Source of the DNA: an uncultured Candidatus Saccharibacteria bacterium
GTDB taxonomy: Bacteria > Patescibacteriota > Doudnabacteria > UBA920 > VMFF01
Assembly (NCBI GenBank): GCA_964364285.1
Contig: CAYIKZ010000005.1
Location: 1 to 48,037, forward strand
Length of the DNA: 48,037 bases
Direction: 5' to 3'
Below, one piece after another: positions 36,366-44,642 of the stretch (its first letter is position 1; every line of letters begins with the position of its first letter). A program made the translations under genes and the position numbers. The notes beneath the pieces are model-generated. The model did no database searches. It saw nothing but the letters and a program-made list of their open reading frames with translations, and was not told where the DNA came from.

Positions 36366-36692
36366 ATGTCACTAGAACAGGATCAACAGTTTGTCGAGTT
36401 TATCGTAAAAGCTCTTGTTGACCACCCTGAAGATGTTAAGACTGAACGTACTGTTGACGAGATGGGAGTATTAATTACTCTTCACCTAAACCAACAGGAC
36501 ATGGGTCAGGTTATTGGACGTCAGGGTCAGACTGCAAAAGCAATTAGAACATTGCTTCGCGTCGTTGGTGCAAAGAGAAAAGCTCGCGTAAACTTGAAAA
36601 TCAATGAACCAGAAGGTTCAATGAGACAAGCTCAGGTCTCTGAGCCAACAACACATGGTTTGGATGACTCAATGGATGAGTTCAAACTTTAA
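36366..36692 (+). CDS. khpA: KH-domain RNA-binding protein KhpA
   Basis: KALVDHPEDV, DMGQVIGRQGQTAKAIRTLL; follows rpsP. Confidence 0.92.
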   Translation: MSLEQDQQFVEFIVKALVDHPEDVKTERTVDEMGVLITLHLNQQDMGQVIGRQGQTAKAIRTLLRVVGAKRKARVNLKINEPEGSMRQAQVSEPTTHGLDDSMDEFKL

Positions 36693-36709
36693 TAAATAGT
36701 TAGGCAAAT

Positions 36710-36754
36710 CAAAACCAGCTGTTCCTTGTAAAAGGTAGCTGGTTTTGTTATGCT
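36710..36754 (+). terminator. terminator with nested promoter
   Basis: CAAAACCAGCT/AGCTGGTTTTG stem; TTGTAA-17-TATGCT at 36726-36754. Confidence 0.65.
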
Positions 36755-36821
36755 CCTATGATGCTTTCTAGGGGAAGTATTGTTCCATTCAACCAGGTCT
36801 CTATGGCCGGGAGCTCTGAAC

Positions 36822-37517
36822 ATGACGGAACGCAAGAAGTTCTTGGTGCTGGGAGCCACCGGCACCCTCGGTTCAGCAGTGGCTTACGAGCTTGAGGAGC
36901 AGGGTGCGGTGGTGTACCGCGTTGGGCACCATTCGTTCCCCCCTGCGCTGATGGGTTGTGACGTTGCAGACCATCGCAGCGTTCACCAACTCGTCCAGAA
37001 GGTGCAGGACGAGATCGGCGAAGGCGAGAAGTTCGATGGCATCTTCTACGGTGTGTCCCGACATTCCTTCGCGGAGTGTCAGCACGCGCTGCACGAAAAA
37101 ACGAACGCCTACCAGCAAACTCCGGCGTTGGCTGCGATGCTCAGCGTCGAAGTCATCGGGCTACAGATCGTTCTGGAGCAGTTCGCTCCGATAATCCGTG
37201 ATGGCGGCGAGTTTGCCGTCGCGTCGCCGACGTTCGCGCGTCAGGGGAACGGTGACCCGAGTTTCTGGAGGGTACTGGATGCTGCCGACATTAACTTGTG
37301 GCCGTACGTTGCGGTGAAGAGGATGCAGTCGGAATGGCTGCATGCATGGGATCGTTCGACGTCGTGCAGGTTCGCGCTCATTGAAGTCCCTGCCCGCCTG
37401 GTCATCGAAGGTCCAGTCACGGGAATCATCCCCGGGGAGATGCCGGAACACTTCTTCCAGCGCGCGTACATGTTCGCGAAGGCGACTTGTAGGTTGATGC
37501 TTGGAGAAGAAGAGTAA
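36822..37517 (+). CDS. divergent short-chain dehydrogenase/reductase-like protein, GC-rich
   Basis: LVLGATGTLG Rossmann motif, CDVAD, YVAVK (YxxxK); SD GGGAG; start moved to 36822. Confidence 0.65.
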   Translation: MTERKKFLVLGATGTLGSAVAYELEEQGAVVYRVGHHSFPPALMGCDVADHRSVHQLVQKVQDEIGEGEKFDGIFYGVSRHSFAECQHALHEKTNAYQQTPALAAMLSVEVIGLQIVLEQFAPIIRDGGEFAVASPTFARQGNGDPSFWRVLDAADINLWPYVAVKRMQSEWLHAWDRSTSCRFALIEVPARLVIEGPVTGIIPGEMPEHFFQRAYMFAKATCRLMLGEEE

Positions 37518-37557
37518 GGAGGAAGAAGGAGTGCGGCTTCACGCCGCAGAACGCTGG

Positions 37558-37600
37558 AGCGCCGAAGATCTGAATCAAGGTCTGCGGCGCTTCTGTTTTT
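37558..37600 (+). terminator. GC-rich terminator of the SDR-like gene
   Basis: AGCGCCG..AGATC/GGTCT..CGGCGCT followed by TCTGTTTTT. Confidence 0.6.
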
Positions 37601-37616
37601 GTGTTAATATTTAATT

Positions 37617-38333
37617 ATGAAATTTGAAGTCATTACAATTTTTCCTGAGCTAATCGATGATTACAAGAAGATCAGTATAGTTGCTCGGGCAATCAAAAAA
37701 AGACTGTTGCAGATTAAAGCTTTTAATCTCAGAGATTATACTTTTGACGCGCACAAAACAGTTGATGGAAGACCGTATGGTGGCGGCGCTGGCATGGTAT
37801 TAAAAGCAGATGTTCTCTCTCTCGCTATTCAAGCTGTCTTAAAAAAGAGTTCTAAAAAAGAAAAAACCAAAGTCATTTTACTAACTCCAGCAGGAAAAGT
37901 TTTTTCTCAGACTGAAGCAAAAAAACTTGCAAAGAATGACCGCTTAATATTAGTTAGCGGAAGATATGAAGGTTTTGATGAGCGTATTTCTTCATTAGTT
38001 GATGCTGAGTATTCAATCGGGGATTATGTTTTAATGGGCGGAGAACTTCCTGCTTTAGTAATGATTGAAACAATTGCTCGTTTTATTCCAGGAGTAGTTG
38101 GGAAAGAAGAATCAATTCAGGGAGAAAGTTTCTCAATAGACGGCAAAACATCAAATCTTTTAGAATATCCTCAATATACTAGACCTGAAGTATTAAAGAT
38201 TGGCAAAAAAACATTACGAGTTCCAAAGATTCTACTTTCTGGGGATCATCAAAAGATTGAGATCTGGCGTGCTGATCAGGCTTTGAATAAAACAAAAAAA
38301 GTTCGTCCCGACCTTATTAACAAACAATGGTAA
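37617..38333 (+). CDS. trmD: tRNA (guanine-N1)-methyltransferase
   Basis: VDGRPYGGGAGMV, GRYEGFDER, SIGDYVLMGGE, LEYPQYTRP. Confidence 0.96.
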   Translation: MKFEVITIFPELIDDYKKISIVARAIKKRLLQIKAFNLRDYTFDAHKTVDGRPYGGGAGMVLKADVLSLAIQAVLKKSSKKEKTKVILLTPAGKVFSQTEAKKLAKNDRLILVSGRYEGFDERISSLVDAEYSIGDYVLMGGELPALVMIETIARFIPGVVGKEESIQGESFSIDGKTSNLLEYPQYTRPEVLKIGKKTLRVPKILLSGDHQKIEIWRADQALNKTKKVRPDLINKQW

Positions 38334-39295
38334 TGAAAAAGTTTGAGGTTACAGAAAACAAGCTTCGCTTAGATAGGTTTTTAGCAGAGAGCTTTAAAGA
38401 AGTTTCAAGAAGTAGAATCCAGAAAGATATTGAAGCTGGACTGGTTTTTGTTAACAAAGAGAAAGTTTTAGAAGCAAAGTTCGTTGTTAGATCTGGTGAC
38501 ATAGTTGAATATGATTACACTGTAGAACAAAAGATCCAAGCAAAAGAGTTAGATATTAAAGTGATCTTTGAAAACAACGATATTTTGATAATAGACAAAC
38601 CAGCTGGGTTAGTGGTGCATCCCGCACCTGGATACAAGGGGGTAACATTAGCAGAGGGATTGTTGCATAAATACAAAGACATCAAGGTAATTGGCGAAGA
38701 TGAAATTCGTCCTGGTATTGTTCATCGTTTAGACAAAGATACATCAGGAGTGCTGTTTGTTGCGAAGAGTCAGAAAATGTTTGAACATCTAAAAGACTCT
38801 TTTCAAAAACGTACTGTTAAAAAACAATACATAACTTTGCTTGCAGGACATCTTCCTTCAAAGCACGGTTTCATCAATACACCGATTGGTAGACATCCAA
38901 CTGACTTTAGAAAAATGACTGTTAATCTACCAAAAGAGCCTAAAGAAGCAGTCACAGAATACACTGTTTTAGAGTACTTACCGTTTAAGGGAGAGAAGAT
39001 TAAAGGCCACAAAAGCATTGACGAGTTCACTCTTGTTCGTGTAAACTTACACACAGGACGTACCCATCAGATTAGGGTACACTTTTCATCTCTAGGTTTT
39101 CCGATTGTTGGCGATGCGTTGTACGGTCCAAAGAGTAATTGTTCTTTCGGACTTGATCTGAAAAGACAGTTCTTACACGCAAGCAATATTGAGGTACAGC
39201 TTCCTGACAAAACTTGGGTAGAAGCACACGCGGATCTCCCAGAAGACTTAAAGAAAGTTTTAATAGATTTAAAAGCAAAGAATATTAATTTGTAA
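38327..39295 (+). CDS. RluA/RluD family pseudouridine synthase
   Basis: S4 domain, DKPAGLVVHP, VHRLDKDTSG, TGRTHQIRVH. Confidence 0.93.
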   Translation: MVMKKFEVTENKLRLDRFLAESFKEVSRSRIQKDIEAGLVFVNKEKVLEAKFVVRSGDIVEYDYTVEQKIQAKELDIKVIFENNDILIIDKPAGLVVHPAPGYKGVTLAEGLLHKYKDIKVIGEDEIRPGIVHRLDKDTSGVLFVAKSQKMFEHLKDSFQKRTVKKQYITLLAGHLPSKHGFINTPIGRHPTDFRKMTVNLPKEPKEAVTEYTVLEYLPFKGEKIKGHKSIDEFTLVRVNLHTGRTHQIRVHFSSLGFPIVGDALYGPKSNCSFGLDLKRQFLHASNIEVQLPDKTWVEAHADLPEDLKKVLIDLKAKNINL

Positions 39296-39309
39296 GCTAA
39301 CTTAAAAAA

Positions 39310-39678
39310 ATGCCAATTGTAAAACACATTAGTAAATCACAACATCGCTCAGACATGCCTGAGTTTAAAACCGGATGGATTGTTAAAGTTCACCAGAAAA
39401 TTAAAGAAGGCGAAAAAGAAAGAATCCAGATGTTTGAAGGTTTAGTCATTGCACGAAAAGGTGGCACTGGAGCAAATGCAACATTTACAGTAAGAAAGAT
39501 TGCTAGTGGAGTAGGTGTAGAACGTATCTATCCATTACACTCACCAAACATTGCTAAGCTAGAAGTCATAAAGCAGGGTGATGTTAGCAGAGCAAAACTT
39601 TACTACGTAAGGGCAAAACAGGACAATCAGCCAAGATTTAGAAAAGGAAAAGAAAAGGCAAAAGATAAGAAGAAATAA
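39310..39678 (+). CDS. rplS: 50S ribosomal protein L19
   Basis: EGEKERIQMFEG, FTVRKIASGVGVER, RAKLYY. Confidence 0.96.
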   Translation: MPIVKHISKSQHRSDMPEFKTGWIVKVHQKIKEGEKERIQMFEGLVIARKGGTGANATFTVRKIASGVGVERIYPLHSPNIAKLEVIKQGDVSRAKLYYVRAKQDNQPRFRKGKEKAKDKKK

Positions 39679-39680
39679 TA

Positions 39681-39702
39681 AAAGCCCCGGAAACGGGGCT
39701 TT
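39681..39702. terminator. bidirectional terminator between rplS and sod
   Basis: AAAGCCCCG-GAAA-CGGGGCTTT. Confidence 0.8.
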
Positions 39703-39706
39703 TATG

Positions 39707-40306
39707 TTACTGTATAAACTTGTCTATACCAACTGCTTTGAATTTTGCTTCTACAACTTTCCAATCAAGGTTTTTAAAGAAAGCATCAATGTATGTTGCT
39801 CTTGCAGTCCCATAGTCTGCCCAGTAAGCATGCTCATAAGTATCTAGAGCAACAAGTGCACTTGCATCCCAAACAGGGAAAGTATTTTGTGCATCACCAA
39901 GGTAGTTAAAGAGTCTGTTTGTGTTCCAATCAAATGCAAGCCAAGCCCAGCCTCTTGCTGCAAGCCCAGTTTGTTTTAAGTCTTCCTTCCAAGCATCAAA
40001 CGAACCAAAGTCTCTTTGGATCATTTGAAGTAAAGCACCGGTTGGTTCTTCACCGTTTCCACCGAGATGACCAAAATATATTTCATGGTTCTTAACTCCA
40101 CCAACAGCAAAAGAATATTCTAATTTTAATTCCCTTAAATCAGAGTAAACTTGGTTTGCTGTTGATTTATCTACAGTCTTTAGTTTCTCCTCTATCTCAT
40201 TAGCTTTTTTAACATATCCTTCATAGAGCTTGTAATGGTCTTCCATTGTTTTTTGGGAGATGCCATCTAATTGCTTGATGCTATTAAACTTTTTTGCTTC
40301 GTACAT
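39707..40306 (-). CDS. Fe/Mn superoxide dismutase family protein
   Basis: EDHYKLY, NHEIYF, GWAWL and DTYEHAY ligand motifs; start moved to 40306 (SD AAGGA); promoter TTGACC-17-TAAGAT at 40360-40332. Confidence 0.9.
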   Translation of the reverse strand: MYEAKKFNSIKQLDGISQKTMEDHYKLYEGYVKKANEIEEKLKTVDKSTANQVYSDLRELKLEYSFAVGGVKNHEIYFGHLGGNGEEPTGALLQMIQRDFGSFDAWKEDLKQTGLAARGWAWLAFDWNTNRLFNYLGDAQNTFPVWDASALVALDTYEHAYWADYGTARATYIDAFFKNLDWKVVEAKFKAVGIDKFIQ

Positions 40307-40368
40307 AGTTATCCTTTCTTTTTGTATTGTAATCTTAAGCTTTAAGGTAGGCTTGGTCAATTGATCCT

Positions 40369-40397
40369 TTGACAAAAAGCCCTTTTTGCGGTAAAGT
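40369..40397 (+). promoter_or_regulatory. sigma70-type promoter upstream of the structured RNA and rny
   Basis: TTGACA-17nt-TAAAGT. Confidence 0.7.
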
Positions 40398-40402
40398 GGG
40401 TT

Positions 40403-40607
40403 TAATGAATATTTAATCTGATTGTGTAGCATATTTACAGTCTTTTAGTGATAAACAGTATGTATTTTCAATCAATTCTTACTTTTTCCAAACTTAACTT
40501 ACATAAAGAATTGTTCTAGTTTCCTTTAGTTTTCAAACTGAAAATTTCAGCATACCCACTCGTTATCACTCAAAAGGCTTTACTACACTTCATTAGTAAA
40601 GGCTTTT
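40403..40607 (+). ncRNA. structured RNA upstream of rny (6S-like RNA or cis-regulatory leader)
   Basis: Series of nested 5'/3' helices spanning about 190 nt (see findings). Confidence 0.5.
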
Positions 40608-40610
40608 ATT

Positions 40611-42128
40611 ATGCAATTAATATACGCTCTACTTGCGCTGGTTGTAGGTTTGGGAGTCGGATACTTAATCCGAAAAGCGCAGGTTACAAAGAAAATCGGG
40701 CACGCTGAGGCTCGCGCCCAAAGCTTGCTTGAAGAAGCAAAGACAAAAGAAAAAGAAATCTTGTTAGATGCTAAAGCCCAGGCTTTAGAGATAATTGATG
40801 CGGCAAAAAAGCAAGAAGCTGAATTTCGTCAGCAAATTATTCGTTTTGAACAGAGAATTGAAAAGAAAGAAGTTGATTTAGAAACTAAGTCTAACAACTT
40901 GGATAGTCAGCGTGCGGATTTGGAGAAGAAAAAAGAAGAAACAGCAAAGTTACAAGAAGAGATGCGTGAGTTTAAGCAAAAACAGATTACCAAACTAGAA
41001 GAAATTTCTGCAATGAGCAGAGACGAGGCTAAACAGCTGATTTTAGAGACAACTGAAAAAGCACTCAAAGAAGAAATGGTTGCTCTTCAAAGAAAGATTG
41101 TTGCTAATGCAAGAGAAGAAGCAGACAAGAAAGCAAAAGAAATCGTTGCTCATGCTATTGAGCGTTGTGCTTCTGAAGTTACTGCAGAAACAACAACAAC
41201 AATTGTTCAAATTCCAAATGAAGAGATGAAAGGAAGAATTATTGGTAAAGAAGGAAGAAACATTAGAACCTTCGAACAAATGATGGGCGTTGAAATATTG
41301 ATTGATGATTCTCCAGACACAGTCGTCATCTCAGGGTTTAATTCCATTAGAAGACAAATTGCAAAATTAACATTAGAGAAACTTTTGCAAGACGGTAGAA
41401 TCCATCCAGCAAGAATTGAAGAAGCATATGAAAAATCTAAGCAAGAAGTTGGTGAAATGATTAAATTGGCTGGTGAGGAAGCGGTCTATGAATTAGGTAT
41501 TACCTCATTCCCTCCTAAACTTATCCAGTTAATCGGTCGTTTACGCTTTAGAACATCATATGGTCAAAACATCTTAAGACACTCCATTGAAATGGCCAAG
41601 TTGTCTGCTTTAATGGCTGAAGAATTGGGCGCTGATGTCATGATTTCAAAGCAAGGTGCTCTTTTACATGATATTGGTAAAGCACTAGACCAAGATATGG
41701 AAGGGACACACGTTGAGATCGGAAGGAAAATTGCTGAGAAATTTAACCTCAATGAGAAGATCATAAACGCAATCACATCACACCACGGTGATACTGAATA
41801 TACAGGTATTGAATCTGCGATCATTGATGCTGCAGACAACATTTCAGGAGCAAGACCAGGCGCTCGTAAAGACACTTACGAAAACTATGTTAAACGTTTG
41901 GAAGACCTTGAAAACATTGCTAATTCGTTTGAAGGTGTTGAAAAGACCTATGCAATTCAAGCAGGAAGAGAAATTCGTGTCTTTGTAAAGCCTGAAAAGA
42001 TTGATGATTATGCAGCACATCGCATGGCCCGTGAAATTGCAAATCGTTTTGAAAACGAATTGAAGTATCCAGGAGAAATAAAAGTTAACGTAATACGCGA
42101 AACTCGCGTTGTAGAATATGCCCGTTAA
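40611..42128 (+). CDS. rny: ribonuclease Y
   Basis: TM segment, coiled coil, KH domain (KGRIIGKEGRNIR), HD domain (LLHDIGK). Confidence 0.97.
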   Translation: MQLIYALLALVVGLGVGYLIRKAQVTKKIGHAEARAQSLLEEAKTKEKEILLDAKAQALEIIDAAKKQEAEFRQQIIRFEQRIEKKEVDLETKSNNLDSQRADLEKKKEETAKLQEEMREFKQKQITKLEEISAMSRDEAKQLILETTEKALKEEMVALQRKIVANAREEADKKAKEIVAHAIERCASEVTAETTTTIVQIPNEEMKGRIIGKEGRNIRTFEQMMGVEILIDDSPDTVVISGFNSIRRQIAKLTLEKLLQDGRIHPARIEEAYEKSKQEVGEMIKLAGEEAVYELGITSFPPKLIQLIGRLRFRTSYGQNILRHSIEMAKLSALMAEELGADVMISKQGALLHDIGKALDQDMEGTHVEIGRKIAEKFNLNEKIINAITSHHGDTEYTGIESAIIDAADNISGARPGARKDTYENYVKRLEDLENIANSFEGVEKTYAIQAGREIRVFVKPEKIDDYAAHRMAREIANRFENELKYPGEIKVNVIRETRVVEYAR

Positions 42129-42918
42129 GAAAATACTATTCTTTGGTGATGCAGTGGGAAAACCAGGTCGCAAAGCATTGCGCCTGGTTTTGCCAGAATT
42201 AAGAGAAAAATATTCTCCCGATTTTATTATTGCAAACGTAGAGAATCTCGCACATGGGAAAGGTGTTACAACTCAAACAATGGCCGAAATTTCAAACCTT
42301 GGTATTGATGCATATACTTCAGGAAACCATATTTTCAAAAAAAATGATTCAGCGGGAGTGTTTAAAGAATATCCAAATTTAATACGACCAAACAATTACC
42401 AGGGAGAATATCCAGGAGTTGGTTTTGTTCGTATTGAGAAAGATGGCCAAGGATATCTAGTCATTAATCTAAATGGAACTGTGTTCTTTGAAACTCAGTT
42501 TGCATCAGAAATTTCAAATCCATTCTTTGATTTTGATAACATCATTGCTCAGCATAAACAACCGGGTGATATTGTTGTGGTTGATTTTCATGCAGAAGCA
42601 ACCAGCGAAAAGAAAGCTTTTGGTTTCTATGCAGACGGTAGAGCAACAGCGGTTTTAGGAACACATACGCATACATCAACCGCTGATCTAAGGATTTTAC
42701 CAAAAGGAACTGCTCATGTTTCTGATGTAGGAATGATTGGTGCTGTTAATTCAGTTCTTGGAGCACCAATTCAAAACTCCCTTAGTATATTCTTAGGTGG
42801 TAAGTTTGTTTATGATGTTGAAGAATCAAACCCAATAATGGTGAATGCTGTGTACATTGAGGCAGAGGATGGACTTGCCACAAAGGTTGAGAAGATATAT
42901 AAAGAAGTTGAGGTTTAA
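42118..42918 (+). CDS. ymdB: YmdB-family metallophosphoesterase
   Basis: GDAVGKPGR, TSGNH, DFHAEATSEK, GTHTH; follows rny. Confidence 0.92.
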   Translation: MPVKKILFFGDAVGKPGRKALRLVLPELREKYSPDFIIANVENLAHGKGVTTQTMAEISNLGIDAYTSGNHIFKKNDSAGVFKEYPNLIRPNNYQGEYPGVGFVRIEKDGQGYLVINLNGTVFFETQFASEISNPFFDFDNIIAQHKQPGDIVVVDFHAEATSEKKAFGFYADGRATAVLGTHTHTSTADLRILPKGTAHVSDVGMIGAVNSVLGAPIQNSLSIFLGGKFVYDVEESNPIMVNAVYIEAEDGLATKVEKIYKEVEV

Positions 42919-42928
42919 AATAAAACAA

Positions 42929-43471
42929 ATGAATATAAAAACACAACTTAGGTTTTTGGATCCAAAAGAAATATTAGCAACATCAGGAATACAAAAAGGA
43001 GAAACAGTCGCAGACTTTGGATGTGGCAATGGTTTTTATCCGGTTGCAGCAGCCTTAATGGTTGGAAATGAAGGTCAGGTTTATGCTATTGATGTTAAAG
43101 CAGAAGCTTTGGAAGCTACTGTTTCAGCTGCTAAGCACGAGGGTTTAAGTAATATATACACAGTTAGACACGACCTTGAATTACCAGGTGTTAAGATAAA
43201 TGACAATTCCTGTGACGTAGTTATTCTTTCTGGAATCCTTCATCTTTCTAAACTTCAAAGAAATGTTTTGAAAGAAACATACAGGGTTTTAAAAACTGGT
43301 GGAAGAATAATTGCCATAGAGTGGAAGAAGGAAAAACTTCCTTTTGGTCCAAATATAAATGACAGAGTTTCAGAACAACAGATGAATGATATGTTAACGA
43401 AATCTGGTTTTCGTCTCCAGGGAGAAATGCCTGCTGACACATTTCATTACGCATTAATATATATTAAATAA
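42929..43471 (+). CDS. class I SAM-dependent methyltransferase
   Basis: VADFGCGNG, VYAID, YRVLKTGG; start moved to 42929. Confidence 0.88.
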   Translation: MNIKTQLRFLDPKEILATSGIQKGETVADFGCGNGFYPVAAALMVGNEGQVYAIDVKAEALEATVSAAKHEGLSNIYTVRHDLELPGVKINDNSCDVVILSGILHLSKLQRNVLKETYRVLKTGGRIIAIEWKKEKLPFGPNINDRVSEQQMNDMLTKSGFRLQGEMPADTFHYALIYIK

Positions 43472-43478
43472 CGGAACA

Positions 43479-43871
43479 ATGATTTCACATATTTTTACAA
43501 AGACATGGATGTTCGGAACTGCACAGTTCATCGGCATCTCAAGAACAGACAAACTTTTTTTTATCCTCTCAAGTGTTTTGTTTGTAGCATCAATACTAAT
43601 GTTTTTTTGGATGAGAACAAAGAAGGACAGTATTAAAAAAAATATGCAGAAACGCTGGAGAGCTTTGTTTGGAACAATCGGAGTCTTAGGATTAATCTGG
43701 TCTTTTCTACGTTATGAATACATAGTAGGAATTTCCAGTCACATGGTTGTAATTATTCTCTACTTCATTGCTCTAGTTTGGGCATTAGTAATTCTGAAAT
43801 ACTATATCGGCAAGTACAAACAACAACTTGCTGAACACGAAAAGCAACAGCAACTAAAGAAATATATGTAG
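43479..43871 (+). CDS. hypothetical three-TM membrane protein
   Basis: Three hydrophobic segments; appears operonic with the upstream genes. Confidence 0.7.
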   Translation: MISHIFTKTWMFGTAQFIGISRTDKLFFILSSVLFVASILMFFWMRTKKDSIKKNMQKRWRALFGTIGVLGLIWSFLRYEYIVGISSHMVVIILYFIALVWALVILKYYIGKYKQQLAEHEKQQQLKKYM

Positions 43872-43881
43872 TTAAAAACAC

Positions 43882-43920
43882 GAACGCCCCCTGGGTCAAA
43901 CCCGGGGGGCGTTTCGTTTT
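43882..43920. terminator. GC-rich bidirectional terminator
   Basis: AACGCCCCCTGGG-TCAAA-CCCGGGGGGCGTT with T-runs on both strands. Confidence 0.75.
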
Positions 43921-43929
43921 AGCGTTGTT

Positions 43930-44379
43930 CTAGTGCAGCTTCGGGTCACGTGCTGTGACCACGAAGGCGCTGGTGCAGGCCTTCGGGATGAAGACCATCG
44001 AGGATTCGTTGTGCTCGAGTAAAGCAATGACGAGTGCTTCGATCCCTAGGCCGGTTGTTTTCGCAACCGCCGGGATCAGGACGCGCACTGCAGCGGTGTT
44101 GCAGGAGTTTAGTAGCTCCACCAGCGGGGTGCCGAAATCTCCACCCAGGGTCTCGTTCGTGACCCTGAACTGGATTCCAACGAACGTGCGGAGCGTTTCT
44201 GGATCCACGATCTCGACGGTTTCGTAGTCGCCGAAGTGGGTCCTTCGGAACCGCATGACCAGCCGAGTCGGAAGCACATGGATCTGCGCGACCGTGAGAT
44301 CCGGTGGCAGAGGATCAGGGGCACTTCCCAACGTTGGTGTAACTCGTACCGCTAACGCACGTTCAACTTCGCTGTTCAT
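43930..44379 (-). CDS. hypothetical protein, GC-rich
   Basis: 149-aa ORF; SD AAGGAG 5 nt before the ATG; promoter TTTACA-17-TATGAT at 44490-44462. Confidence 0.6.
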   Translation of the reverse strand: MNSEVERALAVRVTPTLGSAPDPLPPDLTVAQIHVLPTRLVMRFRRTHFGDYETVEIVDPETLRTFVGIQFRVTNETLGGDFGTPLVELLNSCNTAAVRVLIPAVAKTTGLGIEALVIALLEHNESSMVFIPKACTSAFVVTARDPKLH

Positions 44380-44502
44380 CACATCTCCTTATGGTTGTCG
44401 TGTTGGCTCTGAAGATCAACAGGTGCTTGAGGTTCTTAACATCAGGTTCTTTCAAAGAAGCATCATAATATATTTTACTCAATTTGTAAAGGATATGGGT
44501 AG

Positions 44503-44627
44503 TTGACCAAAGCTTTTTAAAGGTTTAGACTGTTGTTAGATGTATAGTTGATTTTGACTGAAGTTTAAACTTCAGTTTTTTAATAACTAGGAGTCTACAA
44601 TTAAATAGATAACTGTGGGAAACCACA
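44503..44627 (+). promoter_or_regulatory. nusA promoter and structured leader
   Basis: TTGACC-17-TAGACT; ACTGAAGT-TTAA-ACTTCAGT plus T5; TGTGG-GAAA-CCACA. Confidence 0.6.
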
Positions 44628-44642
44628 AAGGGTTTTAAAAAT

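Noticed and set aside
39707-40432. 241-aa version of the SOD
   Set aside because: The extension overlaps the divergent promoters; the ATG at 40306 has an SD and gives a typical 199-aa protein.
44449-44461. boxA-like TTCTTTGAAAG at the start of the GC-rich gene 43930-44379
   Set aside because: It begins immediately after the predicted -10, so part of it would not be transcribed. It is also simply a short palindrome.
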